The notes under the pieces are model-generated. The model was given only the letters and a program-made list of their open reading frames with translations, was not told where the DNA came from and did not search any database. This document shows positions 25,810 to 39,085 of a stretch of 64,000 nucleotides of DNA, in pieces. Source of the DNA: the human T2T-CHM13v2.0 reference genome, Homo sapiens; assembly GCF_009914755.1 (NCBI RefSeq), contig NC_060931.1; one strand, 5' to 3'. Both the position numbers and the translations under genes were made by a program. Each line of letters starts with the position of its first letter. Position 1 is the stretch's first letter.

Positions 25810-26123
25810 TTTTTTTTTTTTTCTTCTTTGTTGAGACAGGTTCTTGCTGTGTTGCCCAGGCTGGAGTACAGTGGTATGAACACAACTCCCTGTATCCTCA
25901 ACCTCCTGGGCTCAAGTGATCCTCCTGCCTCAGGCTCCCAGGTGGCTGGGACCACAGGCGCATGCCTCCACACCTGGGTAGTGTTTTTTGTTTTGTTTCT
26001 TTTTGTAGAGCTGGGGTCTTGCCATGTTGCCTAGGCTGGTCTCAAACTCCTGGGCTCAAGCATTCTCCCCGCCTTGACCTCCCAAAGTGCTGGAATTACA
26101 GGCATGAGCCACCACACCTGGCC
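25810..26123 (-). mobile_element. AluJ
   Basis: Full dimer with AluJ motifs (ctcctgggctcaagtgatcctcc). Confidence 0.92.
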
Positions 26124-26727
26124 AGCTTCCACTGTCTTTATGGCTCCTCGTCCTGCCTGGTTAATCTCATACTTCTTTCAATTAAATACTTTATTTTATT
26201 TTTTATTTTTGTGTTTATTCTTTATGCATTGAAACCGATGTCATAACTTCTGTTTTGTTAAAATCTTTAAGGCCCATCACATATTTATAATTTAGGTCCT
26301 TGCCTTGGTGTGTTTTCCTCAGTGCTCCCAACCATAGAAAAGCAGGACAAGTTTACAGTTGCTATTCGTCTAAGTCTGATGCTTCTTTCCCATAAGTTGT
26401 TTTGGGAATTAAGCATCTTGCTGAAAGTGAATGTGCCATTTTGAAAATCTTAGCAAATTACATTTTCAGAATTTTATAAGGCCTTTTTTTCCCTTTCGCT
26501 ACCTTTGTTCCAAATCATGCTTTTGAAACAATCTTTCTCCCAAAGCATTTCTATTAATAATACTTTTCAGTTCTCCCTCTTATAACTCATTGTGATAAAT
26601 TACCTCCTCCCTCCATGATGTTAATGTTCTGGAGGCCTCTGAGAGTTCTCCTCATGGTGGAAGTCCACTACAGAGCTGCTGAGAGCAGAGCCTTTAGCCT
26701 GATGTTCCAGGAGCTCTTGCTACTGCC

Positions 26728-26798
26728 CCATCCATCCGTCCGTCCATCCATCCATCCATCCATCCATCCATCCATCCATCCATCCATCCATCCATCCA
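26728..26798. repeat. (CCAT)n tetranucleotide repeat
   Basis: Direct reading; two CCGT variants. Confidence 0.95.
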
Positions 26799-28821
26799 TG
26801 AATGATTGCTGCTCTATCATGCCTCATAGCTGGCCCTGGGGAGTGGTTTTAGCTACACTTGAATTCCACCTTTTCCTCATAAAGTGGTATGGACATCATA
26901 TTAACTATAACACTATTATAATCAGTTGACATTGCCAGTCATTATTTGAGACAGGTGTTTGTTCTTCTAGAATTTGCATTTTCTCACTGCAGAACACTGT
27001 AGAATGTTAAAGCTAAAAGATTGCTCATAAATGGCCATATGTGAGAACATGCAGTACATTAACTTGCTCATTTGTTTATGATTTAATTATGAGAGTAAGT
27101 GGAAAAGAAGGTTTAGAGTGGCTAACAAATGATACTGTCTCAATATTAAATAGTGGGGGCTTTGTTGTTGTTTTTATAAATTGGGTGAAAGTCCTTCATG
27201 CTTTTAATTTTTTTTATTTAAGTAATTTATATGTTTTCTCCCTTCCAAGGAATGAATTTTATTCTTCATCATAATCCCTGCAAATTAGAGGCTAAAAATC
27301 TTTGTTTTACATCTGGAGAACAAATGGATGTTCCTGCTTCATTCTCAGACAAGCAAGTGATTGATAGCTTTGATACCAGATTCTGAAATGAAATAAATTT
27401 TGTCTCAATTTGAGAGAAAATAGTGATAATACAGGTCCTTTCTGCCAACCAACTCAGGCATATGGGCCTTTTATTTTTTTGATCTTTTTTCATTCACTAC
27501 AATTCTAAATTGAAAAATCTCACATTTTCTTCTAAAGTTGATTTAACAATATAGTTAACACTTAAAAATATCTAAAATAAAGAATATAACACATTCTACT
27601 GAAATAGGCAGCCAGCAGTTTATACATATTTGGTCTAATACATTCCTCACCTTACATAAATCTCCAGAAAAGCTATAGGAAGGAAACACATTCCCCTGAC
27701 ACGACAGGATGTAAAATGGATGTAAACCAATTACTTTTTGCAGTTCCCAGAGTCTCAGGAATACTGACCCTTCTGACTTCATTTTCAAGCAAGAACTCTC
27801 CACCCCCATCTTGTAAGGAAAAATAATTGAGCTGAATTTCTAGCAAGAAGCGAATCAAGATTTTCAAAGAATAATTTCGCTAGGACCTATGGAGCAAATC
27901 ACCTTTCAAACATGCCAAAGGTAGTTATTTGAATACATTTAAGCCCCTAATCACAGAAGTCTTTTGATGAACTTTTCCCACTTTAAATACATCAAACGAA
28001 GCAAAGAGAGTAGAGAAAGCCATTAGAAAATCATTATAATAAATACCAACATTGATCTACTTCTTCCCTCTCCTTTGGAACCTCCCCTTTCCTTGTTTTT
28101 AAACCTTTTAGTTGGGCTTTATATAGCAAAGTAATCAAACTCTCACAGGCCATTATAAAAGAAATTTAAATGATTTTTACGAAAACCATTTTCCTTGTTT
28201 AAGATTTCAGGGAACCTGGTCAGTACTGTGAGGGCTCAGTTTTTGGTTGTGACTTTCAAGTTGAACCTTTTTGATGGTAAATAGCCTCCTGCTTATGCCT
28301 GTGTGTTTTGACTTAAAAAAATCAATCTCTGAGAAAATGGGCTTCCATCTTCCTTTCAGCCCCGTCTCCTTTGATGATTGATGTTAATTCAGTAAGCTGC
28401 TGACCCAAGAAAAAAAGAATTGTTTGTGCTGTTGTTTTGAATAAATAAACTTACAAAGAATCAATGGCTGTAACTTAGAGAAATTAGGTAGTAGAGAGCA
28501 TAAAGTCTCTGTCGTGTTTCTCATGTAAATAAAGCAAAGTAAAGGGCATTTCAGCACCAGATATCTTTTTGAATGATGAAAACTTGCTTCAAGGGCAATT
28601 TTTTTTTTTAAATAAATGTTCTCTCTGTATCTATAGTGAGAAAGGTCTGTAGTTGTGACAAAAATAGGACACCTTCTACTTATTCACATAATAATTCGAA
28701 TAAGTAGCGAAGCAAAGCAAATTCCTTAGTCACTGGGCCCAGCTTACATTCAATGTTGTTAGTATGTGGACTTCAGTCTTCCTACCATAGTTTAGAGAAA
28801 ACTTTTTGAAGGACTTTGTAA

Positions 28822-28928
28822 CACCATGATTCAATTACCTCCTCCTGGGTCCCCCCTACAACATGTGGGAATTCTGGGAGATACAATTCAAGTTCAGATT
28901 TGGGTGGGCACACAGCCAAACCATATCA
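28822..28928 (-). mobile_element. THE1A LTR, 5' ~105 bp (inverted half)
   Basis: Reverse complement reads tgatatggtttggctgtgtgcccacccaaatctgaacttgaattgtatctcccagaattcccac...gaatcatgg. Confidence 0.9.
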
Positions 28929-28949
28929 TGGAGCAAAATGATTAGCTTG

Positions 28950-29414
<465 letters not shown>

Positions 29415-29572
29415 AGCTATTATCTTTATTACCTAAATAGATTTACTTGATTTTATGACTTTTATATTATCATTTACCAAAGTTGTAAATTTTTGTATTT
29501 TTAAAAAGTTTCCATTCTCAACCATTTTGGTATGAAATTCTTCACCCATAGTAATTTGAAAAGTATATGTTA

Positions 29573-29796
29573 TGTGCTATTCTCGTGATAGTGAATAAGT
29601 CTCACAAGATCTGATGGGTTTATCAGGGGTTTCTGCTTTTGCTTCTTTCTCCCTTTTATCTTGCTGCCGCCATTATCACCTCCCACCATGATTCTGAGGC
29701 CTCCCCAGCCATGTGGAACTGCAAATCCAATTAAACCTCTTTTTGTTCCCAGTTTTGGGTATGTCTTTATCAGCAGCATCAAAACAAACTAATACA
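29573..29796 (+). mobile_element. THE1A LTR, 3' part
   Basis: 'gtgctattctcgtgatagtgaataagtctcac...gggtttatcaggggtttc...aattaaacctc...actaataca'. Confidence 0.9.
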
Positions 29797-31789
29797 CCCC
29801 ATGTCTGGAATTCTCATACCAGGTTTATACCATTAAGTTTGTTGGAGTAACACTCAGATAAGCGTGGATGGCATTGTGGAGGAAGGGCAAACCCTGAGCA
29901 CTTTCTTAAGCCACCTTTCTCATGCACACATTATTATTCCCCTGCCTGCTAGTCATCTACCACATGTAAAGTAGTGGCAAACATCAGACGCTTTTACCAC
30001 CACATAGAGTTTGAGGCTCTCAGTCAAAATGACTCAAATGCCGCACCTGCTCGGTCCCAGAGCACATTGTTATTTTCTCAAGTACCGATACATGCTTTTG
30101 AAGGAAAGGAGGTAGTGCAGACATGGCAAAGGGATGTATGGATTTACCCTCTTGTGCTGAACACCATGAAATGCTTTTCTTTAAACAAGTTGGTTTTCTG
30201 ATCTTACAGAGATGTTGTCATTCTGTGAAAGGGGGAAAACTGTGAAGGCTCATTTAAAAGTCCTCCCTTCTCACCTTGATTTTCTGAGCACTATGACTCT
30301 TTTGAATGTCATCTCTCCTCCTGGTCTTTTACCCCTCTCTTTCTTTGTGGGACCTGACTTCTCCTTCCCCTTGTGTTTATATTGCATAGCTCATTCTAGC
30401 TGACACATTTTGTTAGTGTTATCAGAGAGATTAGAAGGAGTAAAGTCACTGAGAGTGTTGTTTCTCCTTCTTCCAGGTCAACAGGCTTACTTTCAAAGAT
30501 AGCACTCCTTGTTTGCTCTGCTTGGGCCATAATTGAGCAGTATCAAGTTTGCAGTTTATTCTACGTCTGACTTGTTAATTTAACTCACAGTGTACTGATT
30601 TTATATGCAGCGTTGGTTCATATCTTGGGGCTCAGAATCTAACATATATATTAAACTGTCAAGACACTGGCAGTAGGAGAATGAATGCTTCATAATTTGA
30701 TCATCTGAGCCATTTTAACTAATATCTGTATCTTTTGAATCAAATGAAAATATACTGTGATAATTATTCTTTCACTGAATGTTAATTAAGTGTTGTTTTA
30801 AGGTTAGAATTATGAAAATAATTTCTAGTAAAGCCCCCGTTTAAAAGCTCTACCCCTAAAAATAAAACAAGAAAAGCAAGGAAAAAGAAAAAATTCCTAC
30901 CCCACATAGCACATTGTCTCTTTTTTCCAATTTCGGGGCACTCATATGAGATTGTAGGCATTCTTCAACCACGAAGCAACTTTACCAACTCTGTTAAAAT
31001 TGCCACTTTTAACATGGGGAAAAACAAGATAATATTTATTAACATCAAAATATAACAAGCTGGTAAATATCTTTACTATAGATCTAAATGCACAAAATAT
31101 AGGGCTGCAAAATAAAAGACCTAGAAAATATAATTTTTTCTTTTTTCAAAATTAAGCATAGCATATTGAGCAAATGATCACAAAGTACATCCAAGTTAGT
31201 TTATACATGTTTAGCAATCTGTCCTATATGATTTAGAAAGCTACGGGATCACATTTGCTGTTTTAAATATTTATTGTTCTGCCATAGCATACACTGCTTA
31301 TCCAAATTATTTAGACACCTCTACTTTAACGAACTATAACTCGTAGATCCTACTTAGCATAGATATAAGGAACTTGAGTGAGAACTGGTCATATTGCTCA
31401 GAAAAGATGTCTCAGGATGTAGTATCATTCTTGCTTTACAAATCAAAGTGTTCATCCTTCATGATAAAAAGGTTATTTAAAATATCAGAATACTTTATTC
31501 TTTGAGTTGTGCAATGCGCTCATAACTTTGTAAAAGATTCAAAATTGATGGTTTAAATATTATGTGTAAACTTGATATGCTTCTAAAGACAATTATAGTA
31601 CAAATTACCATATTTTGGATTGGTAATTTGAAAAATACTAAATTACTTTGACTTTTTAATAATTTGGTTTGATAAGGTAGAAGGCTTTTCCATGATATCT
31701 GATAGATTTGTGGGTTCTATGTCTAAGAAAATGCAAGAAAGAAAAAATGGTGAAGAAAATATGTTAGAAAGGACCCCATAAAAAGAAAA

Positions 31790-32950
31790 TGAAAGGACTT
31801 TGATTCCTGGCAAGGTTGAGTGCTAAAATATGTGGTAAATTTCCAGTACAAAGGAGTTAGAAATGTTGGGTAAAATGCAATAAACTTCTTTTTAAAAAAT
31901 TATTGTTGACCTTCTTTAAAGAGTAAGCGGTCTCCTGGGCATGCAAATAAAGAGGAAACTAAAAACCAGAACAGTAAATGGACACTGATATTGCAGCTGC
32001 CTTGGGGCATTTGTCAGCCTCAGGAACCTAGAGGTCCAAGTTTTAACAGCTGGATCACTACTGAAGACAGGGCCTTGGGCCTGTACAAGAGGGGATGGAG
32101 AATTGAAACCTCCTTTTTATAAAGCATGTAATTTTTGAAGGGTTACCTCGTCAATTAAAGGGTAGAATAGAAAAAAATCCAATCAGCAAAGGGAGATGGC
32201 AAGGAAATTTGTCTTGGCAAAAGCAAGCAGTTCTTCTCTTGAGGAATTTGCCTTCAATTTAGGCCTTTGTTCTTCCCATGGATAAAGTCTTCTAAAACAT
32301 GAGTTCACAACCCCCAATCATAGAAATATACAGGGAATATGTAACCATAAGCTGGAGTCAGCAGAAACAATAAGCAGTTGGTATGGTCAGGCTTTGCGTC
32401 CCCACCCAAATCTCATTTTGAATTGTAATCTCCATAATCCCCACGTGTTAAGGGAGAGACCAGGTGGAGGTCATTTAATCATGGAGTGGTTTCCCCCACT
32501 CTGTTCTTGTGATAGTGAGTTCTCATGAGATCTGATGGTTTTCTAAAGGGCTCTTCCCCCTTTGCTCGGCACTTATCCTTCCTGATGCCTTGTGAAGAAG
32601 GTGCCTTGCTTCCCCGTCACCTTCTGCCATGATTGTAAGTTTCCTGAGACCTCCCCAGCCATGTTGAACTGTGAATCAATTAAACCTCTTTCCTTTATAA
32701 ATTACCCAATCTTGGGCAGTTTTTTATAGTAGTATGAAAATGGACTAATACAGCAGTTCAGTTAGTTCCCAATAACTTTAGAAATGAGATTTCTGATTAC
32801 AGAATATCAAATGTCTATGTTTTAAACATTTAAGAAATAGAAATTGAATAAAAACATAGTAAAAGTAGTAAAAGATTAAGATGCTGCCAGAGAAGACTAG
32901 GCCGACTTGAGAAAGAACAAGTATACCTCTAAAAATGAAAATGTTAAATA
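31790..32950 (+). mobile_element. Old L1-like (HAL1/L1ME) 5'/ORF1-region fragment, interrupted by THE1C
   Basis: A-rich switch in strand composition and L1 ORF1-like motifs ('gtctatgttttaaacatttaagaaata', 'ttgagaaagaacaa'). Confidence 0.5.
32379..32752 (+). mobile_element. THE1C solo LTR (MaLR)
   Basis: tg...ca termini, perfect 5-bp TSD gcagt, complete LTR. Confidence 0.92.
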
Positions 32951-33272
32951 TTTAAAAATTTCTATAAATTTAAGGTGTACAAGTGCATTTTTGTTGCATA
33001 GACATATTGCGTAGTGGTGCAGTCTGGTCTTTTAGTATAGTGATCACCCAAATAATGTACATCATACCTATTAATTTCTCATCCCTCACCTGCCTCTCAC
33101 CTTTCCAAGTCTCCAGTTTCTATTATTGCTCACTCCATGTCCATGCGTACACACTATTTAGCTTCCACTTGTAAGTGAAAACATGAGTATTTGGCTTTCT
33201 TGTTTCATTTAAGATAACCGCCTCTAATTCTATCTATATTGCTGCAATAGACATGATTTTATTCTTTTTCGT
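32951..33272 (-). mobile_element. L1 (L1PB4/L1MA-like) 3' end
   Basis: Antisense L1 3' UTR motifs ('tttagcttccacttgtaagtgaaaacatg'). Confidence 0.85.
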
Positions 33273-33521
33273 GGATTAATGGGTTATCATGAGATTGGGA
33301 CTGGTGGCTGTGTAACCAGAGGAAGAGAGACCTGAGCTAGTACAGTCAGCCCCCTGCCCATGTGATGCTCAGCACCACCTCATGACTCTGCAGAAAGTCC
33401 TCACCAGATGTAGCCCCTTGACCTTGGACTTTCCAGCCTTCATAACTGTAAGAATAAATTTATTTTCTTTGTAAATTACCCAGTTTTAGGTATTATAAGC
33501 AACAGAAAATGGATCGAAACA
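33273..33521 (+). mobile_element. MST (MSTD-like) LTR, 3' part only
   Basis: 'ggattaatgggttatcatg...gaccttggactttccagcc...aataaatttattttctttgtaaattacccag...aaaca'. Confidence 0.85.
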
Positions 33522-33760
33522 TATTTTGAGTTCAGAATTTCTGTATTGGCATTTCCTTCCTCTCATTGCCTCTTAGCATTTTTTTCCCACACCATAGGAC
33601 TCTACTGTTAATGAAAACCCGATAGTCCTATAGACAGTTGTTTTTGGATAAACACAGCAATTGATGCTTCTGGCCCTAAAGTTTGAAACTTAACATTTGT
33701 TTTGTCTGACGTCCTTCCTCAGGAATGGACTTTCAGGCCTCCCAAAAAAGTATCTAAGAA

Positions 33761-34206
33761 TCAAAAAGTAGGCTAAGGACATGGACAGTTCTCAAAAGAA
33801 CATATACAAATTGCCAATAAACATATGAAAAAATGCTCAACATCACTAATGATCAGGGAAATGCAAATCAAAACCACAATGCGATACCACCTTACATCTG
33901 CAAGAATGGCCATAATAGAAAAATAATAGATGTGGGTGTGGATGTGGTGAAAAGGGAACTTTTACACTGCTGGTGGGAATGTAAACTAGTACAACCACCA
34001 TGGAAAACAGTGTAGAGATTCCTTAAAGAACTAAAAGTAGAAGTACCTTTTGATCCAGCAATCCCACTACTGGGTATCTGCCCAGAGGAAAAAAAGTCAT
34101 TATACGAAAAAGATACTTGCACATGCATGTTTGTAGCAGCACAATTTGCAATTGCAAAAATACAGAAACCAGCCCAAATGCCTATCAATCAATGAGGGGA
34201 TAAAGA

Positions 34207-34250
<44 letters not shown>

Positions 34251-34657
34251 TGTGTGTGTGTGTGATGGAATACTACTCAGCCATAAAAAGGAACGAATTA
34301 ATGGCATTTGCAGCAACCTTCATGAAACTTGAGACTATTATTGTAAGTGAAGTAACTCAGGAATGGAAAACCAAACATTGTGTGAAGTTCTTACTCAAAA
34401 ATGGGAGCTAAGCTATGAGGATGCAGAGGCATAAGAATGATACAGTGGACTTTAGGCACTCGGGAAAGGGTGGGAGGGGAGTGAGGGTTAAAAGACTACA
34501 AATTGGGTTTAGTGTATACTACTCAGGTGATGGGTGCACCAAAATCTCCCAAATCACCATCAGAGAACTTACTCATGTAACCAAATACCACCTGTTCCCT
34601 AAAAACCTATGGAAATAACAAATTAAAATATTATATTTAAAATTAAAGAAAAAAAAA
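33761..34657 (+). mobile_element. L1PB1-like, 5'-truncated (end of ORF2 plus 3' UTR)
   Basis: 'aaaatgctcaacatcactaatgatcagggaaatgcaaatcaaaaccacaatg', L1PB 3' UTR, A-rich tail. Confidence 0.92.
34209..34264. repeat. (TG)n microsatellite inside L1PB1
   Basis: Direct reading; one TC interruption. Confidence 0.95.
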
Positions 34658-36519
34658 CTGAAACTCACCAGATCACTAAATCCAGACAATAAGATGCTGG
34701 ACCCCTCATTCACCATAATTGCTTCCTTGCCCATCCCTAGTTCCCGTTTTCTTTACAGATTCTTTCATTTCTTCGCTGCTATATAAACCCTTAGTTTTGG
34801 TCAGTCAGGGAGATTGATTTGAGACTGAGTTCCTGCCTCTTTGGCTGTAGCACCTGACTGAAGCCTTCTTCCTTTGCAGTAATCACCATCTCAGTGACTG
34901 GCTTTCTGCACAGTGAGCAGCAGGACCTAGACTGAACTTCTGGTGTTTCTGTAACATTAATACAAGTGCTAATTTTTCTCCTAACTAGTTATATTCTTCA
35001 ATCTGTCCTTAAAAAATAATTCAAACAATTGGTCATTATTTTAGCTTAACTAGCTTTTAAATCAGTTACCATGAAATGTGACTTGGAAAAAAAAACCCGT
35101 TAGATAAAGATATTTATTTAACATAAATATTTTCATTGCATCTTAAAATACTAGTGTATAACTCTAACAAACTGTGTGTATACAGGCATGTGTGAAATTT
35201 ACTTTTTTTAGGATTAGAGAACATCTATATTTGCCTTCAAGCTCCCTTAAAATAGTTTAGGGAACCATTTAGCATCACTTTCCATGCCATTGAACTCAGA
35301 GTTAAAATGGTGATTGAGATACCTATAATGCAAATAGAAATGTCCCGAGGTCATTGTGTAATTTTATAGGGGTCTTCACCAAAGCAAGGAAGAAGGCAGT
35401 AAGTTTTATAGCGTGATAGGTGGCCTTTATGTGAAGTGGGTTGAAATGTTGCTCTCTGTGTAGGCACACAGTACATGGAATAGGCATTTCATTATGTTCA
35501 TATCTACCTGTATTTTTCCTTTGATCAATGCATATGTTTGATTAAACAGAATGAAAATCTACAAAAGTGAAAATACGTATTGAAAAAAGTAATAGCGGTA
35601 AAGCAGTATCTTGCAGCTTTTTACTTTGAGTCCCAGTGGATTAGCGATTTTACTTTACTCTAGAAATGACAGTGTAGTGATGATTATTTTTCTTTTGGGA
35701 CTGATAAGAAAAGAAATGGTGCCCAATTATATTAGTCATTAGTATTCTTTGTTATAAGTATTATGGGAAGCTTGTGGAGCTAGAAGAACGTGGCCTGAAT
35801 ATATTTTTAAACAAGTAAATTATCTTTCAGTATTGGCAAAAAATGTAGTTTGTCTGCCTTAGAAAAATAAAACGTTCATACATAATTTAGCTTGTCTGTC
35901 ATTTTAAACAATTCAGAAGGCATAGCCCTGTCGTCTAGGCCTATTTTTTTTTTGTCAAGAGATGCTTCATTGGTTCCTGTGTGAAAGTGTTGACATTTAT
36001 ATTACACTCTGAATACTTAAGAAACCAGAGGATTCCAGTTCTTTTGGAATTAACCAATGGTATCTCATCTACTAGTCAGGCATTCACAACATTGTGTGCA
36101 CATGCTGAATTTGTGCTAATGGCTTCTTGCCATAGGTACATTTTGTGAATGTGACTATTTATATAGCTTCTTTCATATATGGCCCAGTCCTCATTCCCTT
36201 GTAGCCACCCTCCTTCCCCAAATGTGTTGCTTTATGTTGAATAGTTTGGAAAAGAAACACAATCTGGAAACTATGCTGTGGTCTCTTAGGTAGAATAACC
36301 AACACACCCAGCAATTTCTCAGTGAATGGCTGTCATAGTAGAGGTGATTATTCATGATCATGATGAAATACTTTCCCTGACCAATTTAAGCTTCCTCCTT
36401 TAGTGTTTTCATAGTTCCTCTTACATCTGTTTACTCTAACACATATAAAATACAGAAAGCTGAGCAGTCTCATGGCCTAATTGAACAAACCAGCCCAACA
36501 GTGAGGGCTATGAAGGAAT

Positions 36520-37467
36520 TGTTAAAGAAAAAAAAATCAGTTAATTCATGATACCTGTTAAAGATAGAATTTATTCAAGGGGGGCTACTACAATGGGGTT
36601 TTGTAGTGGGGTAGAAAGATCAGTTTCAACTGCGAATATGTCAAGGAGAAGTAGAGATTTATAGCCAAGGATATGGATGTGGCTCACCGTATGGAAAATT
36701 ACTAAGAAGAAACATCAAGGGTAACAGTGTTCTGGCTAAACCAACTTGATAGGATTATTGCTGAAGGCAGGCCAAGGTGGTAAAACACGGAAGGCAGGGA
36801 TTAAAGAATTTGACTAGATATCAAAGGTAGTCAGATATCAAGGGTGGGGAGGAGGAATTTGATCAGATATTCAGGGTGAGGGACTTTTCCTCAACTAACC
36901 CAGTAGGATTGTTGCTAAAACTGGACTGAAGGAGCCAAGGACAGAACCCAAGGTCAGGGACCTTCTCAGAAAGAGGGCTCAGAGGAGCCAGACTCAGGTT
37001 TGGTCAGGGGAAAGAATTGTCAGAAGACAAAATTACAACAAATTTAGCTTAAAGATCTTAATTGACCTTTATTTGCAATTTTAGAATCAAGCAATGCCTC
37101 ATTCCATAAAGTAGAATGAGTGTTTTGATGAGCTGAGCAGATGAGGTTGGCTTTACAGACTAAAAATGGCTGTGGAAAACAAAAACAGACTGCAAAAATT
37201 GGATTGGTCATTTCAAAGCTCTTTTTTTAATGAAAGTTAAAGCACAGGGAACTTCTTTATCATGCCAGCTAAAACTGGCCTGTTTGGAGATTTGGCTATC
37301 ATCTCTCTCCTGGTTCCCCAGAAGGTCAGATAAATAACTTGCTTTCAGCTTGGTGGCTTGGTACTTCAGCATGAGTTATTCCATTTTGGTTTGGTCTCTT
37401 GGGTGTAGTGCGGGAGCTCAGTCCAAACCAATAGCCTCCTGTAAATTTTATTTAACAGTCTTTGTCA
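36520..37467 (-). mobile_element. MER31 solo LTR (ERV1), interrupted near its terminus by MER65
   Basis: tgttaaag...gtctttgtca termini, 4-bp TSD gaat on both sides; paralogous to the copy at 44748. Confidence 0.85.
37018..37457 (-). mobile_element. MER65-like solo LTR (ERV1)
   Basis: tgtcagaagacaaaattacaacaaatttag...aaattttatttaaca. Confidence 0.75.
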
Positions 37468-37787
37468 GAATAAAGATATTTACTTTTAATTTTCTTGAAG
37501 AGGAGAAAGTCACTTTTTAAGATTCACTTCACAGCAAAACTTTGTAAAAGCCCTCGTGAGATACCTCCTCCTCAGCGCAAAGTTTGCAGTCATGGCAGCA
37601 GCTAAAAATGTGCCTACAGGCCGCATGCCACCATGCCATCTCCCTGTTACCATTACCTTCTTCTTTCTCTCCTTCCTGCTGATGCAGCAGTGCCTCCTTG
37701 GATACAGGATCATTCCTGCTCTAGGCTTTTTCCTGAGAGGGGCAGCTCTCCTGGGATTCTGGCGAATCAAATGCTTCATCTCAACAG

Positions 37788-38690
37788 ATTTGTTTATATT
37801 CGCCCCTTTTCCATGTGGTGGGAGGAAAAACTTTTTCACTACTTTCTTTAATTCAATGCTTGGGGACTGCTGAATTAGAATAACAGAAGACAGATTAACA
37901 GGATAAAAGTTACACAGTTTTTATTAATATTTACATACGTGGGAGTTCACAGAAGAGAAAATCAAAAAAGTAGTCTCAGGGTCTTGTATCATTCAAACAT
38001 AGGACAGGGCGGATTGGGCTTCAAGGGGTCATAAATTGTGGGGAAGTGACTAGGAATATGGGGGAAACTAATGGAAGATAGGATTATTTTAGTAAGGGTT
38101 GCTAATTCAGTCTCATCCAGGTGCCGACTCCTCATCTTGTGATAACTTGTGATAAGAGTTGCTCTCCTTTCTGTGGTCCGGAAGTACGGAGCACCCTCAC
38201 AAGGGAAATTTCTGCCCTGCTTTTAAGCAGATAAGGGAGGGCAGAGAACTCTTCTGCATCTGTTCATTCTCACTTGCCTTCAGCTCAAAATAATCCTTGT
38301 GTTTGAGCAGCATATTTTAGGGTAGTATATCCTCATCTCCTTCATCCACAAAAGATTTAAGGTGGTTTTTACAGATGCAATTAAGTAAGCTAAACTTAAT
38401 GATATATGAGAAATATGAAACTAATGAAATGATGGCTCAAAAAGTCAGAAGCAGCCATTGATGTTAGTGGTTGGAGATGGACTGTGAATATGTCTTGAGC
38501 TTTCCAGCAGTCAGCACAGAGATGCACATAGATATACCTCATTTGATTCCTTGGGTCTATCATATAAAATAAACCATTTGCTCAGAAGAATTATCTGTTC
38601 CTGGAAATGGGATAGCTTCTAGAGATTCTCTTGAAGATAATACTTTGTAATGTAATGCGTATATTTTTAACAATGAAGTAAATGCAGTAC
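37788..38690 (-). mobile_element. Probable L4 (RTE-X) LINE fragment, interrupted by MER34
   Basis: Removing MER34 rejoins 'tttatattcgccccttttcca|caaaagatttaaggtggttt', an L4-type 3' end. Confidence 0.5.
37814..38344 (-). mobile_element. MER34-family solo LTR (ERV1)
   Basis: tg...ca termini, perfect TSD tcca; 'ccttcagctcaaaataatcctt...catattttagggtagtatatcct'. Confidence 0.85.
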
Positions 38691-38704
38691 AACAGAGTAA
38701 ATAA

Positions 38705-39085
38705 AATATTAATAATACATATTTACTGAGTATATTCTGTATGCCAGAAACACATTAGGTATGCTGGATATGTAATAGTGAACCAGACAGACATGACCTG
38801 TGTCTTCAAGGAGCTTATAAATATAATGGGGAGAGACAGATAATAAACAAGAAGTAAGCGAGCAAAAATATCAGATACTTATGAAATCCAGTAAGTGGCA
38901 GGTAGGAAATCACCAGGGAGTAATACAATAAAGAATAAAATTAGGTGGCCACTTTGAGAAGGTTCAGCCAAAGTTGCTTCCTGGGGAGATGTATTCAAGT
39001 TGAGAATGAAAGGTTCTGAGGTGAGGAAGAGCTTAGCACATTTCAGAAATTGAAAAGCAGCCAGTGTGCTTAAAATAAGGCTATG
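38705..39085 (-). mobile_element. L2 fragment
   Basis: 'catatttactgagtatattctgtatgccag...gtcttcaaggagcttata'. Confidence 0.8.

Larger units (their letters stand above)
33606..34956 (+). mobile_element. ERV1 MER4-group solo LTR (LTR23-like), split by L1PB1
   Basis: tgtta...taaca termini, TATA (ctatataaa), sequence resumes across the L1 (aagaa|ctgaaactcacc); subfamily uncertain. Confidence 0.75.

Noticed and set aside
37510-37873. Overlapping 105-aa and 109-aa ORFs in a GC-richer patch between LTRs
   Set aside because: No recognisable homology; both extend into MER34/L4-derived sequence.
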